A stretch of 32,000 bases of DNA from Candidatus Thorarchaeota archaeon. GTDB taxonomy: Archaea; Asgardarchaeota; Thorarchaeia; Thorarchaeales; Thorarchaeaceae. Both the position numbers and the translations under genes were made by a program. The stretch is taken from the NCBI GenBank assembly GCA_003345555.1, contig PRDJ01000010.1, positions 30,001 to 62,000 on the forward strand. The letters are read 5' to 3'. Shown one piece after another: positions 18,578-26,784 of this stretch. The first letter of the stretch is position 1; each line of letters opens with the position of its first letter. Under the pieces are notes generated by a model. The model saw only the letters and a program-made list of their open reading frames with translations. It was not told where the DNA came from and made no database searches.

Positions 18578-21535
18578 TTGAGCCTGTTGTGTAGAAGGGT
18601 TGCCGCCCTAATGCTGCTCGTACTGCTTACTACGAGCTGTATCATGATGATTGTGCCATCGAGTGAGTATTCTGTCTCACATACGCAAGATCTCAACGCA
18701 CTACGAGCAGTAACAACCGCTCAATCTTCGCTGAATGCCTCGGTTCCATATGTAGATGTTCATTACGGTCATGCGGACGGAATTATCGACCCGACCGAAT
18801 ATGCCTACAACTACACCGATCCTGTGACTGGAATCACAATCTGTCTGGAGCACAATTCAACAATCCTCTTTGTAGGTCTGTCTGCTCACACCTCAGGTTG
18901 GGTCGCTTTCAGTTGGAAGAACGGCACTTCAGACTTCGCTGCAGAAGGCATCAATGGAAGTGATGTGGTGTTTGGATATGCACCTGGAACTCCTCACTCG
19001 GATTACCAAAGAGTCACAGGTGCTCAACCCATCACGGTACACTACAAGCTAATAATGAGAAACGGTACAGTCCTTCAAGAGGGAAATGCACCTGATGATT
19101 CCTCCACGAAAGTGTTTAGCAACGAAGGGCTCCTTCCGGCTTACAAGGCTAATATCTATGGTATGCGAATAGGCGAGGTGCGCCATTTCGTAATTCCTGC
19201 ATCTCAAGGTTATACTAGTCCAACGGACACGCTGTACGGCCAAGACTTGGAGTATATTGTCCAAGTCACCCGAATCGGCAGCAATTTCACAAACCCCGCT
19301 CAAACCAGTCGAGTCTCGTACAGCTATGGTCATGGGGTAAGCACGCTGCAGCATCTGGTCTACGCAAATCAGAGCAGGATACTATCCGCCAATGCTAGTG
19401 ACAATGGCGTCACTACCCAAGTCGAGTATTACATCAAGATGAACGGGACGGGCTCCGAAGGCATTGCCCTACAGAACTCAACAAGTCTGAGCTTCCCGTT
19501 TCTTCTCATGTTTTCCAGCAGTGAGGATTTAGATGCTTTGCCCACTCAACACAGTGACTGGTCATACCCTCTTGAGGTTCAGATGATACCCAATGCAGCG
19601 CCCTTGCTCCTGCTTCAGAGTCCCAAGGTAAATGAATCGCTGACATGGGTTGCCGACATAGCTCTGAACGCGACTGATAACACGTTCGTCAGGAGGGCAT
19701 TCTACAAAGTAGACGAAGGGAACTGGACGAAGCTGAATCACAACTTCAACACATCATTATGGGAAGCCGTGGTCGCCCTTGCAAAGTACTCAAATGGGAC
19801 TCACTTGTTCCGATTTAATGCTACAGATCCATCGAATCTAACATCAGTTGTGTCGTTCAACCTTACAATTAGCCGGCCATACCTTTCGCTATTGGGGATG
19901 CGTCTGAGTGTCAGTCGGACAGTGAGCGACTTGACCTATCACACGACGCAGGTGGCCGATGTGTTTACAATCGTGAACAACGGCTCTGCGCCGATTAGCG
20001 CATTTGAGATGTACCTGCCTTCCACATACATGTCCAACTTCCTCTCCCTATCCGCAGAGGACGGTTCCAAGAGGCCACTCAGCGTTATACGACTCAATAA
20101 CACCGGGGAGCTGATGCATTGGCGAATCTATCTGTTCGAGCCAGCTGGGTTCGGGGAGTTGCACACTGTCAAGACCATCATGTATCTGCACTCTATCGAC
20201 GCTCTGAACGATTTCAGCAACAATCGCTACCAGATAGCATTCTTGAAGTACCCTGTGGTCCCGTATGTTTTATCTTCTGCAACGTTAACCCTTGCCCTTC
20301 GGAGCGGCGAAACTGGTCTTGGATCATCTCCTGAGGGACGAGCCAGCGATCTCCCTCCAATGACAATAACGCCGTTCACGTTTCTGATGACTTCGTATTC
20401 CCCGATGATACTGGCAACTAGAGTAACTGACATCACAGTGGATCCTTGGGGCTGGCTGACGTATCAGGAGACAATCACAATCAAGAACACAGGGCCCGCA
20501 ACCGAGAGCTCCATAGTGTTGACTATCCCTGCATATTCCTCGAATATCAAAATATACGACACAGTGGGTCTCCTCACATCTACGCAACTCTCTCTTCAGG
20601 GCAAACCTTGGAATAGTTCAATCTCTCTCACAGTCAACCTCAAGACCGACCGATTCGGTGACGACTTCTGGCCAGGCAATGAATACACTTTCCAGCTTTC
20701 ATACAGGCTCTTGTCCTCTGCTCATCAGAATTCAACTCCCGCTGGCGACGTTCTGAGAATCCCGGTGAGCGATCTGGGAAACCTGAGAATCACCAAGCAA
20801 ATCATCAATCTGATTTTGCCCATCTCGGTTAGCGTGCGGGAAGTATCTTCGGGCTATAGGCTCCTCTACGGTGTCTTTGGCACCATACTTAGGTATACAG
20901 TATACAATACGACCTCGTACAATTCGCCTGAAATATCGTTGAGCTATGACATCTCCGTTTGGACTGTGGCAAGGCCATTGATGTTCTCGCTAATCGTGGG
21001 CTTGGTAGCAATCGCCTACATATCTTACAGAAAGCTCTGGACTCCGGCAGCGGTCGCAGCCGAGGCTGGGTCAGAAGCTCCTACAACCGCAACCAAGCAG
21101 GCCCTCGCTCCACCCGAGCTACTACGGAAATTCGCTGCCACCTACTCGAAGAAGACGTCACTTGAGCTGGATTTGGAGAGACTCGAGGATGATTTGAAGA
21201 GAGGCAAAGTGAAGAAGAGAGAGTTCATGGTTCGGGATAGCGATATCAAGTCACAAATGGATGGAATAGACAAGGACTTGATTGCGCTCAAGAATGAAGT
21301 TGTCTCACACGGGCCGAAGTACAGGGATATGGTAGCTCAGCTAGATCTTCAAGAAGAACGAATCGCAGGTGCCAAAGCCGGTCTCAGGCAGCTTCTGCTT
21401 CGCAGAAAGAAGCAAAAAATCAGTTCTGGTGCCTTTGAAAGGACTCGTCAAGACTACCTCAAAGCTATCAAGAAAGCCGTAACAGCTACTGACCGAATAC
21501 TCCTGACAATTCAGGAGGAAGCAGGGGAGGTCTAG
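18578..21535 (+). CDS. Single-pass membrane glycoprotein: DOMON-like domain with FKBP-like insertion, Ig-like domain, ribophorin-I-like luminal region, TM helix and cytoplasmic helical bundle
   Basis: N-terminal signal/TM; DGIIDPTEY and GWVAFSW...GSDVVFG (DOMON); TVHY...GMRIGEVRHFVIPASQGY (FKBP); RVTDITVDPWGWLTYQETITIKNTG (ribophorin I R.IEVSHWG.I.VEE-like); TM LMFSLIVGLVAIAYISY; Lys/Arg/Glu-rich helical tail; more than 20 N-X-S/T sequons. Confidence 0.72.
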   Translation: MSLLCRRVAALMLLVLLTTSCIMMIVPSSEYSVSHTQDLNALRAVTTAQSSLNASVPYVDVHYGHADGIIDPTEYAYNYTDPVTGITICLEHNSTILFVGLSAHTSGWVAFSWKNGTSDFAAEGINGSDVVFGYAPGTPHSDYQRVTGAQPITVHYKLIMRNGTVLQEGNAPDDSSTKVFSNEGLLPAYKANIYGMRIGEVRHFVIPASQGYTSPTDTLYGQDLEYIVQVTRIGSNFTNPAQTSRVSYSYGHGVSTLQHLVYANQSRILSANASDNGVTTQVEYYIKMNGTGSEGIALQNSTSLSFPFLLMFSSSEDLDALPTQHSDWSYPLEVQMIPNAAPLLLLQSPKVNESLTWVADIALNATDNTFVRRAFYKVDEGNWTKLNHNFNTSLWEAVVALAKYSNGTHLFRFNATDPSNLTSVVSFNLTISRPYLSLLGMRLSVSRTVSDLTYHTTQVADVFTIVNNGSAPISAFEMYLPSTYMSNFLSLSAEDGSKRPLSVIRLNNTGELMHWRIYLFEPAGFGELHTVKTIMYLHSIDALNDFSNNRYQIAFLKYPVVPYVLSSATLTLALRSGETGLGSSPEGRASDLPPMTITPFTFLMTSYSPMILATRVTDITVDPWGWLTYQETITIKNTGPATESSIVLTIPAYSSNIKIYDTVGLLTSTQLSLQGKPWNSSISLTVNLKTDRFGDDFWPGNEYTFQLSYRLLSSAHQNSTPAGDVLRIPVSDLGNLRITKQIINLILPISVSVREVSSGYRLLYGVFGTILRYTVYNTTSYNSPEISLSYDISVWTVARPLMFSLIVGLVAIAYISYRKLWTPAAVAAEAGSEAPTTATKQALAPPELLRKFAATYSKKTSLELDLERLEDDLKRGKVKKREFMVRDSDIKSQMDGIDKDLIALKNEVVSHGPKYRDMVAQLDLQEERIAGAKAGLRQLLLRRKKQKISSGAFERTRQDYLKAIKKAVTATDRILLTIQEEAGEV

Positions 21536-21586
21536 CAGAGCTGTTCAGCAATTCTTATCATGTAAGGCAGGCACTGAAGAAACTGT

Positions 21587-22456
21587 ATGGGGCGCAAAGC
21601 CATGGCCAGAGGAACAGCATTCGACCGTGAAAGGGTCAGCGTCCGCAGTCTCCTGAAACCGGGTACCAAGGCGCTGGAAATGTATCAGTATCTAAGCATG
21701 TCGCCAAAGGTCCAGACCTACTTACGAAGTGCAAATCGGATGGCGGTGTCGAGACTGGGCTATACAGACCATGGTCCAACGCATGCAGAAGTGAGCACAT
21801 GGAATGCTCTCACGGCATTTGATATCCTGTCCGACACCTTTCAGCCCAATGTGGTTGCAGAAGGAATAGGTGACATTGACGATGCACGCATGGTGGTCCT
21901 TGCTTCCACGTACCTTCATGACATAGGCATGGTTGTTCATCGGAACGAGCATCCACAAGCTGGAGTCTTTCTAGCCAGTAGCATCCTTGAAGATAAGCTC
22001 GGAGCACTCTACGAGGATCCCGCAAAAGCAACCGACATACTGTCTTTTGTGCTCCACGGCGTATATTCGCACGATGACGATACTCCGTGCCTGACTTTCG
22101 AGGCCGGCGTGACCAAGCTAGGCGACGGCTGCGATATGACGAAAGGAAGAACATCGATACCCTATCAGCAAGGCAAGGTCGACATCCACTCAGTGAGTGC
22201 CATGGCGATCAATGATGTGTACCTGGAACATGGCGAAGAGAAGCCGCTTCTGATATCCGTCGACATGGACAACCCTGCGGGTGTTTTTCAAGTTGAGGCG
22301 GTTCTTGAGAAGAAGGTATCAACATCGGGATTGGAAGGCAATCTGGCCATAGTAGTACTAGTCAACGGCGAACGGCTGGTTCTTTCGCAAGTCAAGAGAC
22401 TGTTCAGGGTCCAGATGACGGATTCGCCGCCTGAGATGAGTGTCAAGGAAAAATGA
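21587..22456 (+). CDS. HD-superfamily metal-dependent phosphohydrolase (COG3294-like)
   Basis: DHGPTH, YLHDIG, HD, LGDGCDMTKGR, DIHSVSA, NPAGVFQVE. Confidence 0.85.
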   Translation: MGRKAMARGTAFDRERVSVRSLLKPGTKALEMYQYLSMSPKVQTYLRSANRMAVSRLGYTDHGPTHAEVSTWNALTAFDILSDTFQPNVVAEGIGDIDDARMVVLASTYLHDIGMVVHRNEHPQAGVFLASSILEDKLGALYEDPAKATDILSFVLHGVYSHDDDTPCLTFEAGVTKLGDGCDMTKGRTSIPYQQGKVDIHSVSAMAINDVYLEHGEEKPLLISVDMDNPAGVFQVEAVLEKKVSTSGLEGNLAIVVLVNGERLVLSQVKRLFRVQMTDSPPEMSVKEK

Positions 22457-22564
22457 TGGTAGCCCCGCAAGGATTCGAACCTTGGTTTCCGGGGATCTTC
22501 TTCGCATGGCACAAGGCAATGCAAAACCAAAGCCCGGAATGCTTGACCACTACACCACGGGGCT
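22457..22564 (-). tRNA. tRNA-Gln(TTG) with a 32-nt intron at 37/38 (22495-22526); CCA encoded
   Basis: Acceptor AGCCCCG/CGGGGCT, anticodon stem CCGGG/CCCGG, loop CT-TTG-G, T-arm CAAGG-TTCGAAT-CCTTG, A73-CCA. Canonical BHB: CTTT pairs with GAAG, then a 7-bp intron helix TTTGCAT/ATGCGAA. Confidence 0.95.
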
Positions 22565-22596
22565 AGTGCAATCAGGCGCACATCGCGTCAGATATA

Positions 22597-22917
22597 TCAG
22601 GTTTGGGATGTAAGCCCAAAGGGTATACCCTTCTTGAGTATATCGACTGGCACACGATCTTTCCATCTCTCTAGAAAAGCGGTCTCCTCACTTTTCTGTC
22701 GCCCTTGCATTCTCAAATCGTCCGGAAGCATGCACGCAATCCCATCGATGACAGGGTACCACCGACCGCATTTGGGACAGGTGATAAGTGCCTCATCGAT
22801 TTCTTCACTACTCGACCCCTCGACTTCCACATTATGGGACCTGTATACCTCAAGACGGAGCTTGTTCCTACAGTCACTGCGAGGACACGCAAGGATATCC
22901 ATCAGCCAGCGCTTCAT
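22597..22917 (-). CDS. trm112: Trm112-like methyltransferase activator
   Basis: MKRWLMDILACP..C, ITCPKCGRWYPVIDGIACMLPDDLR. Confidence 0.92.
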   Translation of the reverse strand: MKRWLMDILACPRSDCRNKLRLEVYRSHNVEVEGSSSEEIDEALITCPKCGRWYPVIDGIACMLPDDLRMQGRQKSEETAFLERWKDRVPVDILKKGIPFGLTSQT

Positions 22918-23058
22918 TCTGTTTTCACCGCCGATACATGTTCGATTAGTCGGAACGATTTAAAACCAATGCCGCGGGCACGGTCGTGACTAATCCAAAG
23001 ACGTATTTGGCTTACGCATTGCGCGGTACCTCGTGTCAAACTAGGGCGGTGCAGTACA

Positions 23059-24462
23059 TTGGATTTTAGACATCCGTATCTCCCGATCACACAAGAAGAT
23101 GAAAAGTTGATGCTCAAGTCGATTGGACGCGCATCAATGGAAGAGCTCTTCAGTACCATTCCGGAGAAATATCGACTGAGACGGGATCTCAAGATACCGG
23201 ATTCGCACAGTGAACTTGATGTTACACGCAGAATACAGGAGCTGGCCAATAAGAACCGGCCGATGGGAGACGGCCGAATATTCCTGGGCTCAGGAGTTGG
23301 ACTGCACTACATTCCTGCGGCTGTCCCTGCCCTTGCGGGAAGGTCCGAGTTTGTCACTGCGTACACCAGCTACCAACCAGAAATCAGTCAAGGCATGCTT
23401 CAAACACTGTTCGAGTATCAGAGCCTGATGGCAGAGATCCTCGATATTGATGTCGTAAACAGCAGCATGTATGACATGGCCAGCGGTATTGCGGAAGCAG
23501 CAAGGATGGCGGTTCGGGTTGCTACGCACCGTTCACGAATCTTAGTTCCTGGTACAATCAACCCACGCCACTACAAGGTGCTGTTGACCTATACAGAACC
23601 TGCCAATATCGAAGTCGAGAAAGTTGAATACGACTCGAAGACTGGCCTGATGTCAATAAGTGATCTCAAGTCGAAAATGGACGAAAATGCTGCAGGAGTC
23701 TACATTGAGAACCCGAGCTACTTGGGATTCATCGAGACTCAGGTTGATTCGATCAACAAGATTGTGCATGACGCGGGTGCGATACTCATTGCCGGCGTGG
23801 ATATTCTTTCGCTGGGCATAGTTAGGCCTCCAGGCAGCTATGGTGCTGATGTTGTTGTGGGTGAAGGCCAAGAACTTGGATTGCCCATGTCATATGGAGG
23901 TCCTCTTCTTGGAGTGTTCGGATGCAAGATGGATAGGAAGCTTGTCTACCAAATGCCAGGCCGACTTGTCGGCATGACGCGGACCATGGCGGAACCATAC
24001 GAGCGGGGTTTTGTGTTGACTCTGAGCCCTCGGGAGCAGCACATTCGCAGAGAGAAGGCTACTAGCAACATCTGCTCAAACGAGGCATTGGCAGCCGTAA
24101 CCAGCGCCATCTACCTTTCACTTCTCGGTCCCGCTGGACTAGACCAAGTCAGTGAGGCAATAGCTTTCAGGTCCAACTACGCGGCGAAGGAACTTGGTTC
24201 AATACCCGGCGTCGTGGCTCCCGCTATTGGGAGGTCTATTTGGAAGGAATTTGTTGTCAGATTCGAGAAAGGGCCGTCGGCTCGGGCCGTGCATGAAGGT
24301 CTTCTTGCACGGAACCTACACGGAGGCACGATTCTGACAGATGAATTCCCGGCCCTCGGTGAATCAATGCTATTCAGTGTTACCGAGGTGCACAGCAAGC
24401 CAATCATAGATGAGCTTGTCAAAACGGTTAAGGACATCGTGACACGAGGAGGTCGACGGTAA
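23059..24462 (+). CDS. gcvPA: Glycine dehydrogenase (decarboxylating) subunit 1
   Basis: FLGSG, RSEFVTAYTSYQPEISQGMLQTLFEYQS, NSSMYD, MSYGGP, REQHIRREKATSNICSN. TTG start. Confidence 0.96.
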   Translation: MDFRHPYLPITQEDEKLMLKSIGRASMEELFSTIPEKYRLRRDLKIPDSHSELDVTRRIQELANKNRPMGDGRIFLGSGVGLHYIPAAVPALAGRSEFVTAYTSYQPEISQGMLQTLFEYQSLMAEILDIDVVNSSMYDMASGIAEAARMAVRVATHRSRILVPGTINPRHYKVLLTYTEPANIEVEKVEYDSKTGLMSISDLKSKMDENAAGVYIENPSYLGFIETQVDSINKIVHDAGAILIAGVDILSLGIVRPPGSYGADVVVGEGQELGLPMSYGGPLLGVFGCKMDRKLVYQMPGRLVGMTRTMAEPYERGFVLTLSPREQHIRREKATSNICSNEALAAVTSAIYLSLLGPAGLDQVSEAIAFRSNYAAKELGSIPGVVAPAIGRSIWKEFVVRFEKGPSARAVHEGLLARNLHGGTILTDEFPALGESMLFSVTEVHSKPIIDELVKTVKDIVTRGGRR

Positions 24463-26027
24463 TGACTGGTCGTACTATCAGTGGCACTGGTCGTCAAGCC
24501 AAGTGGGACGAGCCCCTGATCTTTGAGAGGGCGACGCCTGGCGTTCTTGGGCATGTCCTTCCGTCTGTGGAAGATGGCATAAGAAGAGCAATTGGCTCGC
24601 TAGAAGCTATTCTTCCCAAAGAAATGCAGCGCGCTGAGAGTCCTAGACTGCCTGAGGTCTCGGAACTGCAGGTCACGCGTCACTACACACGACTGTCTCA
24701 GATGAATTTCGCAGTCAATGTTGGAACCTACCCACTCGGAAGCTGTACGATGAAGTACAACCCGGCCGTGAACGACTGGGCTGCCGCGAATCCGGGCTTC
24801 TCTCTTCTTCATCCGTTACAGGATGTTACAACAGTGCAGGGCGCATTGGAAGTGATGTGGGAACTTGAGCAGTGGTTGGCAGAGATAACTGGGATGGACG
24901 CAGTGACACTCCAACCAGCTGCAGGAGCTCATGGAGAACTCACAGGCGTTCTCATCATGCGACAGTACCACAAGTGCGTGACGAATGAGTGCAGCCAGCG
25001 AAATGAGATGCTGATACCTGATGCAGCTCATGGCACGAATCCGGCCTCTGCAGCTATGGCCGGATACAATGTTGTCGTAGTGCCTTCGAACAAGGATGGC
25101 CTTGTTGATCTTGACGCGTTGAAGAGCGCGGCGGGTCCACACACTGCCGGTCTCATGCTCACCAATCCGAACACGATTGGGCTATTCGAAAGCAACATCG
25201 AAGAGGTTGCCGGGATTGTGCACGATGCAGGCGGGCTGCTCTACTATGATGGTGCCAATTTCAATGCCATCGTAGGAGTTGTCAGACCAGGCGACATGGG
25301 GTTCGATGTTGTGCATCTGAATCTTCACAAGACGTTCTCAACGCCTCACGGAGGCGGCGGCCCCGGTGCTGGCCCTGTGGGCGTCAAGCAGAATCTTGCG
25401 GAGTTCCTGCCGGTGCCGCGTATCGTCCGAAAGAAGGATGGTGCGTTTGACTTGAAGTACGACCTTCCTCGTTCAATCGGGAAGGTTCATGGCTTCTACG
25501 GCAATTTCGGTGTTCTCCTCCGAGCCTACTCGTACATATACACGATGGGCCGACAGGGGCTCAAGAGGGCATCCGAGACAGCAGTTCTCAATGCCAACTA
25601 CTGCGCCTACCATGTCAGCCGCATTCCCGGGTTCAGTTTGCCCTATTCCCAAGATGCACCACGAATGCACGAGTGTGTCGTTTCTGCTGAAAGCCTCAAG
25701 GCCGAGACAGGAGTCGCAGCTATGAATGTGGCCAAGCGCCTCTTGGATTACGGAGTTCACGCTCCGACAATCTACTTCCCTCTGATAGTACCTGAGGCAT
25801 TGATGATTGAGCCCACTGAATCTGAATCAAAGCAGGAAGTTGACGCGCTTATCGACAGTATTCGACAGATATCCGAAGAAGCGCATCGAGACCGTGAGAC
25901 AGTAATGAATGCACCACATTCCACAGCACGTGGACGCCTTGATGAATACAGAGCCGCTCATCCAAAAACGTTGACTCTATCATGGCGCATGCATCTAGCA
26001 CGCGGTCAAGAGGAAGATGACAGCTAG
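24462..26027 (+). CDS. gcvPB: Glycine dehydrogenase (decarboxylating) subunit 2
   Basis: YPLGSCTMKYNP, QPAAGAHGE, AHGTNPASA, PLP-lysine motif NLHKTFSTPHGGGGPG, EPTESE. TAATG overlap with gcvPA. Confidence 0.96.
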   Translation: MTGRTISGTGRQAKWDEPLIFERATPGVLGHVLPSVEDGIRRAIGSLEAILPKEMQRAESPRLPEVSELQVTRHYTRLSQMNFAVNVGTYPLGSCTMKYNPAVNDWAAANPGFSLLHPLQDVTTVQGALEVMWELEQWLAEITGMDAVTLQPAAGAHGELTGVLIMRQYHKCVTNECSQRNEMLIPDAAHGTNPASAAMAGYNVVVVPSNKDGLVDLDALKSAAGPHTAGLMLTNPNTIGLFESNIEEVAGIVHDAGGLLYYDGANFNAIVGVVRPGDMGFDVVHLNLHKTFSTPHGGGGPGAGPVGVKQNLAEFLPVPRIVRKKDGAFDLKYDLPRSIGKVHGFYGNFGVLLRAYSYIYTMGRQGLKRASETAVLNANYCAYHVSRIPGFSLPYSQDAPRMHECVVSAESLKAETGVAAMNVAKRLLDYGVHAPTIYFPLIVPEALMIEPTESESKQEVDALIDSIRQISEEAHRDRETVMNAPHSTARGRLDEYRAAHPKTLTLSWRMHLARGQEEDDS

Positions 26028-26103
26028 GCTCTGTCCGGTTTGGCTCGGGCCGATTAAATTTCACCGAAAGCGTTAGAGGCTCAAAGGAGATCTTGCAGTA
26101 GCA

Positions 26104-26475
26104 ATGAGAATTGAGAAGAAAGCCGGGCGCCACTCCATAATTCTGGATGCGAGCGCTATTGGCCGGGATCTGTTGGTCGTGATTTATGGTGGCGATGAAC
26201 ACCACATAGGCGCAGTTACGGTTGCATATCCGACAAAAAGCCCGAACAGGGGGGACACAACGGTAAGCCTCAGTTCGATAGGTATGCCGGGTCACAAAGA
26301 CTACATCTTAGCTAACTCGGCCGCAGAGAGAATATGTCATGCACTAGGTGTTGTCACGACAGTCGTGGCTGGAATTCACATGGACAATGCGTCACGAGAC
26401 GAGATTGAGGGGGCTGTGAAGACGGCAGGTCTCATGGTGGATGAGATGATATCTCTGCACAAGAGGTCCACCTAG
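26104..26475 (+). CDS. LpdD / PAC4-like fold small protein
   Basis: GRDLLVVIYGG..HHIGAV, PGHKD, VVAGIHMDNASRDEI. Own TATA-like ATTAAATT at about 26051-26058. Confidence 0.7.
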   Translation: MRIEKKAGRHSIILDASAIGRDLLVVIYGGDEHHIGAVTVAYPTKSPNRGDTTVSLSSIGMPGHKDYILANSAAERICHALGVVTTVVAGIHMDNASRDEIEGAVKTAGLMVDEMISLHKRST

Positions 26476-26496
26476 AGAAACGATGGGGCAAGCACG

Positions 26497-26778
26497 ATGC
26501 GTATTACGTTCAAATCCTTCGGCCAGCTACGAAGAATTCTTGGCAATCAGTCATTGGAGGTTGATGTGCCCGAAGGGTCTACAGTAAGAAGGGCAATCGA
26601 GAAAGTGATCGCACTTGGGGGACCAGATTTGGAACGTTATATTATGGATGGGAATCGCATCTCTGGAAATCTGATATTGCTGCTAAACAAGAGAGATATC
26701 GACACGCTTGCCGGGGAAGATACGGTAGTAAAAGGCGGGGATGAACTGGCTGTATTGCCTCATGTGCAAGGCGGGTAG
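26497..26778 (+). CDS. Ubiquitin-like beta-grasp protein (SAMP/MoaD/ThiS family)
   Basis: 93 aa; LLLNKRDI..L.G..T.VK.GDELAVLPHVQGG with terminal Gly-Gly. Confidence 0.9.
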   Translation: MRITFKSFGQLRRILGNQSLEVDVPEGSTVRRAIEKVIALGGPDLERYIMDGNRISGNLILLLNKRDIDTLAGEDTVVKGGDELAVLPHVQGG

Positions 26779-26784
26779 TTGCAC

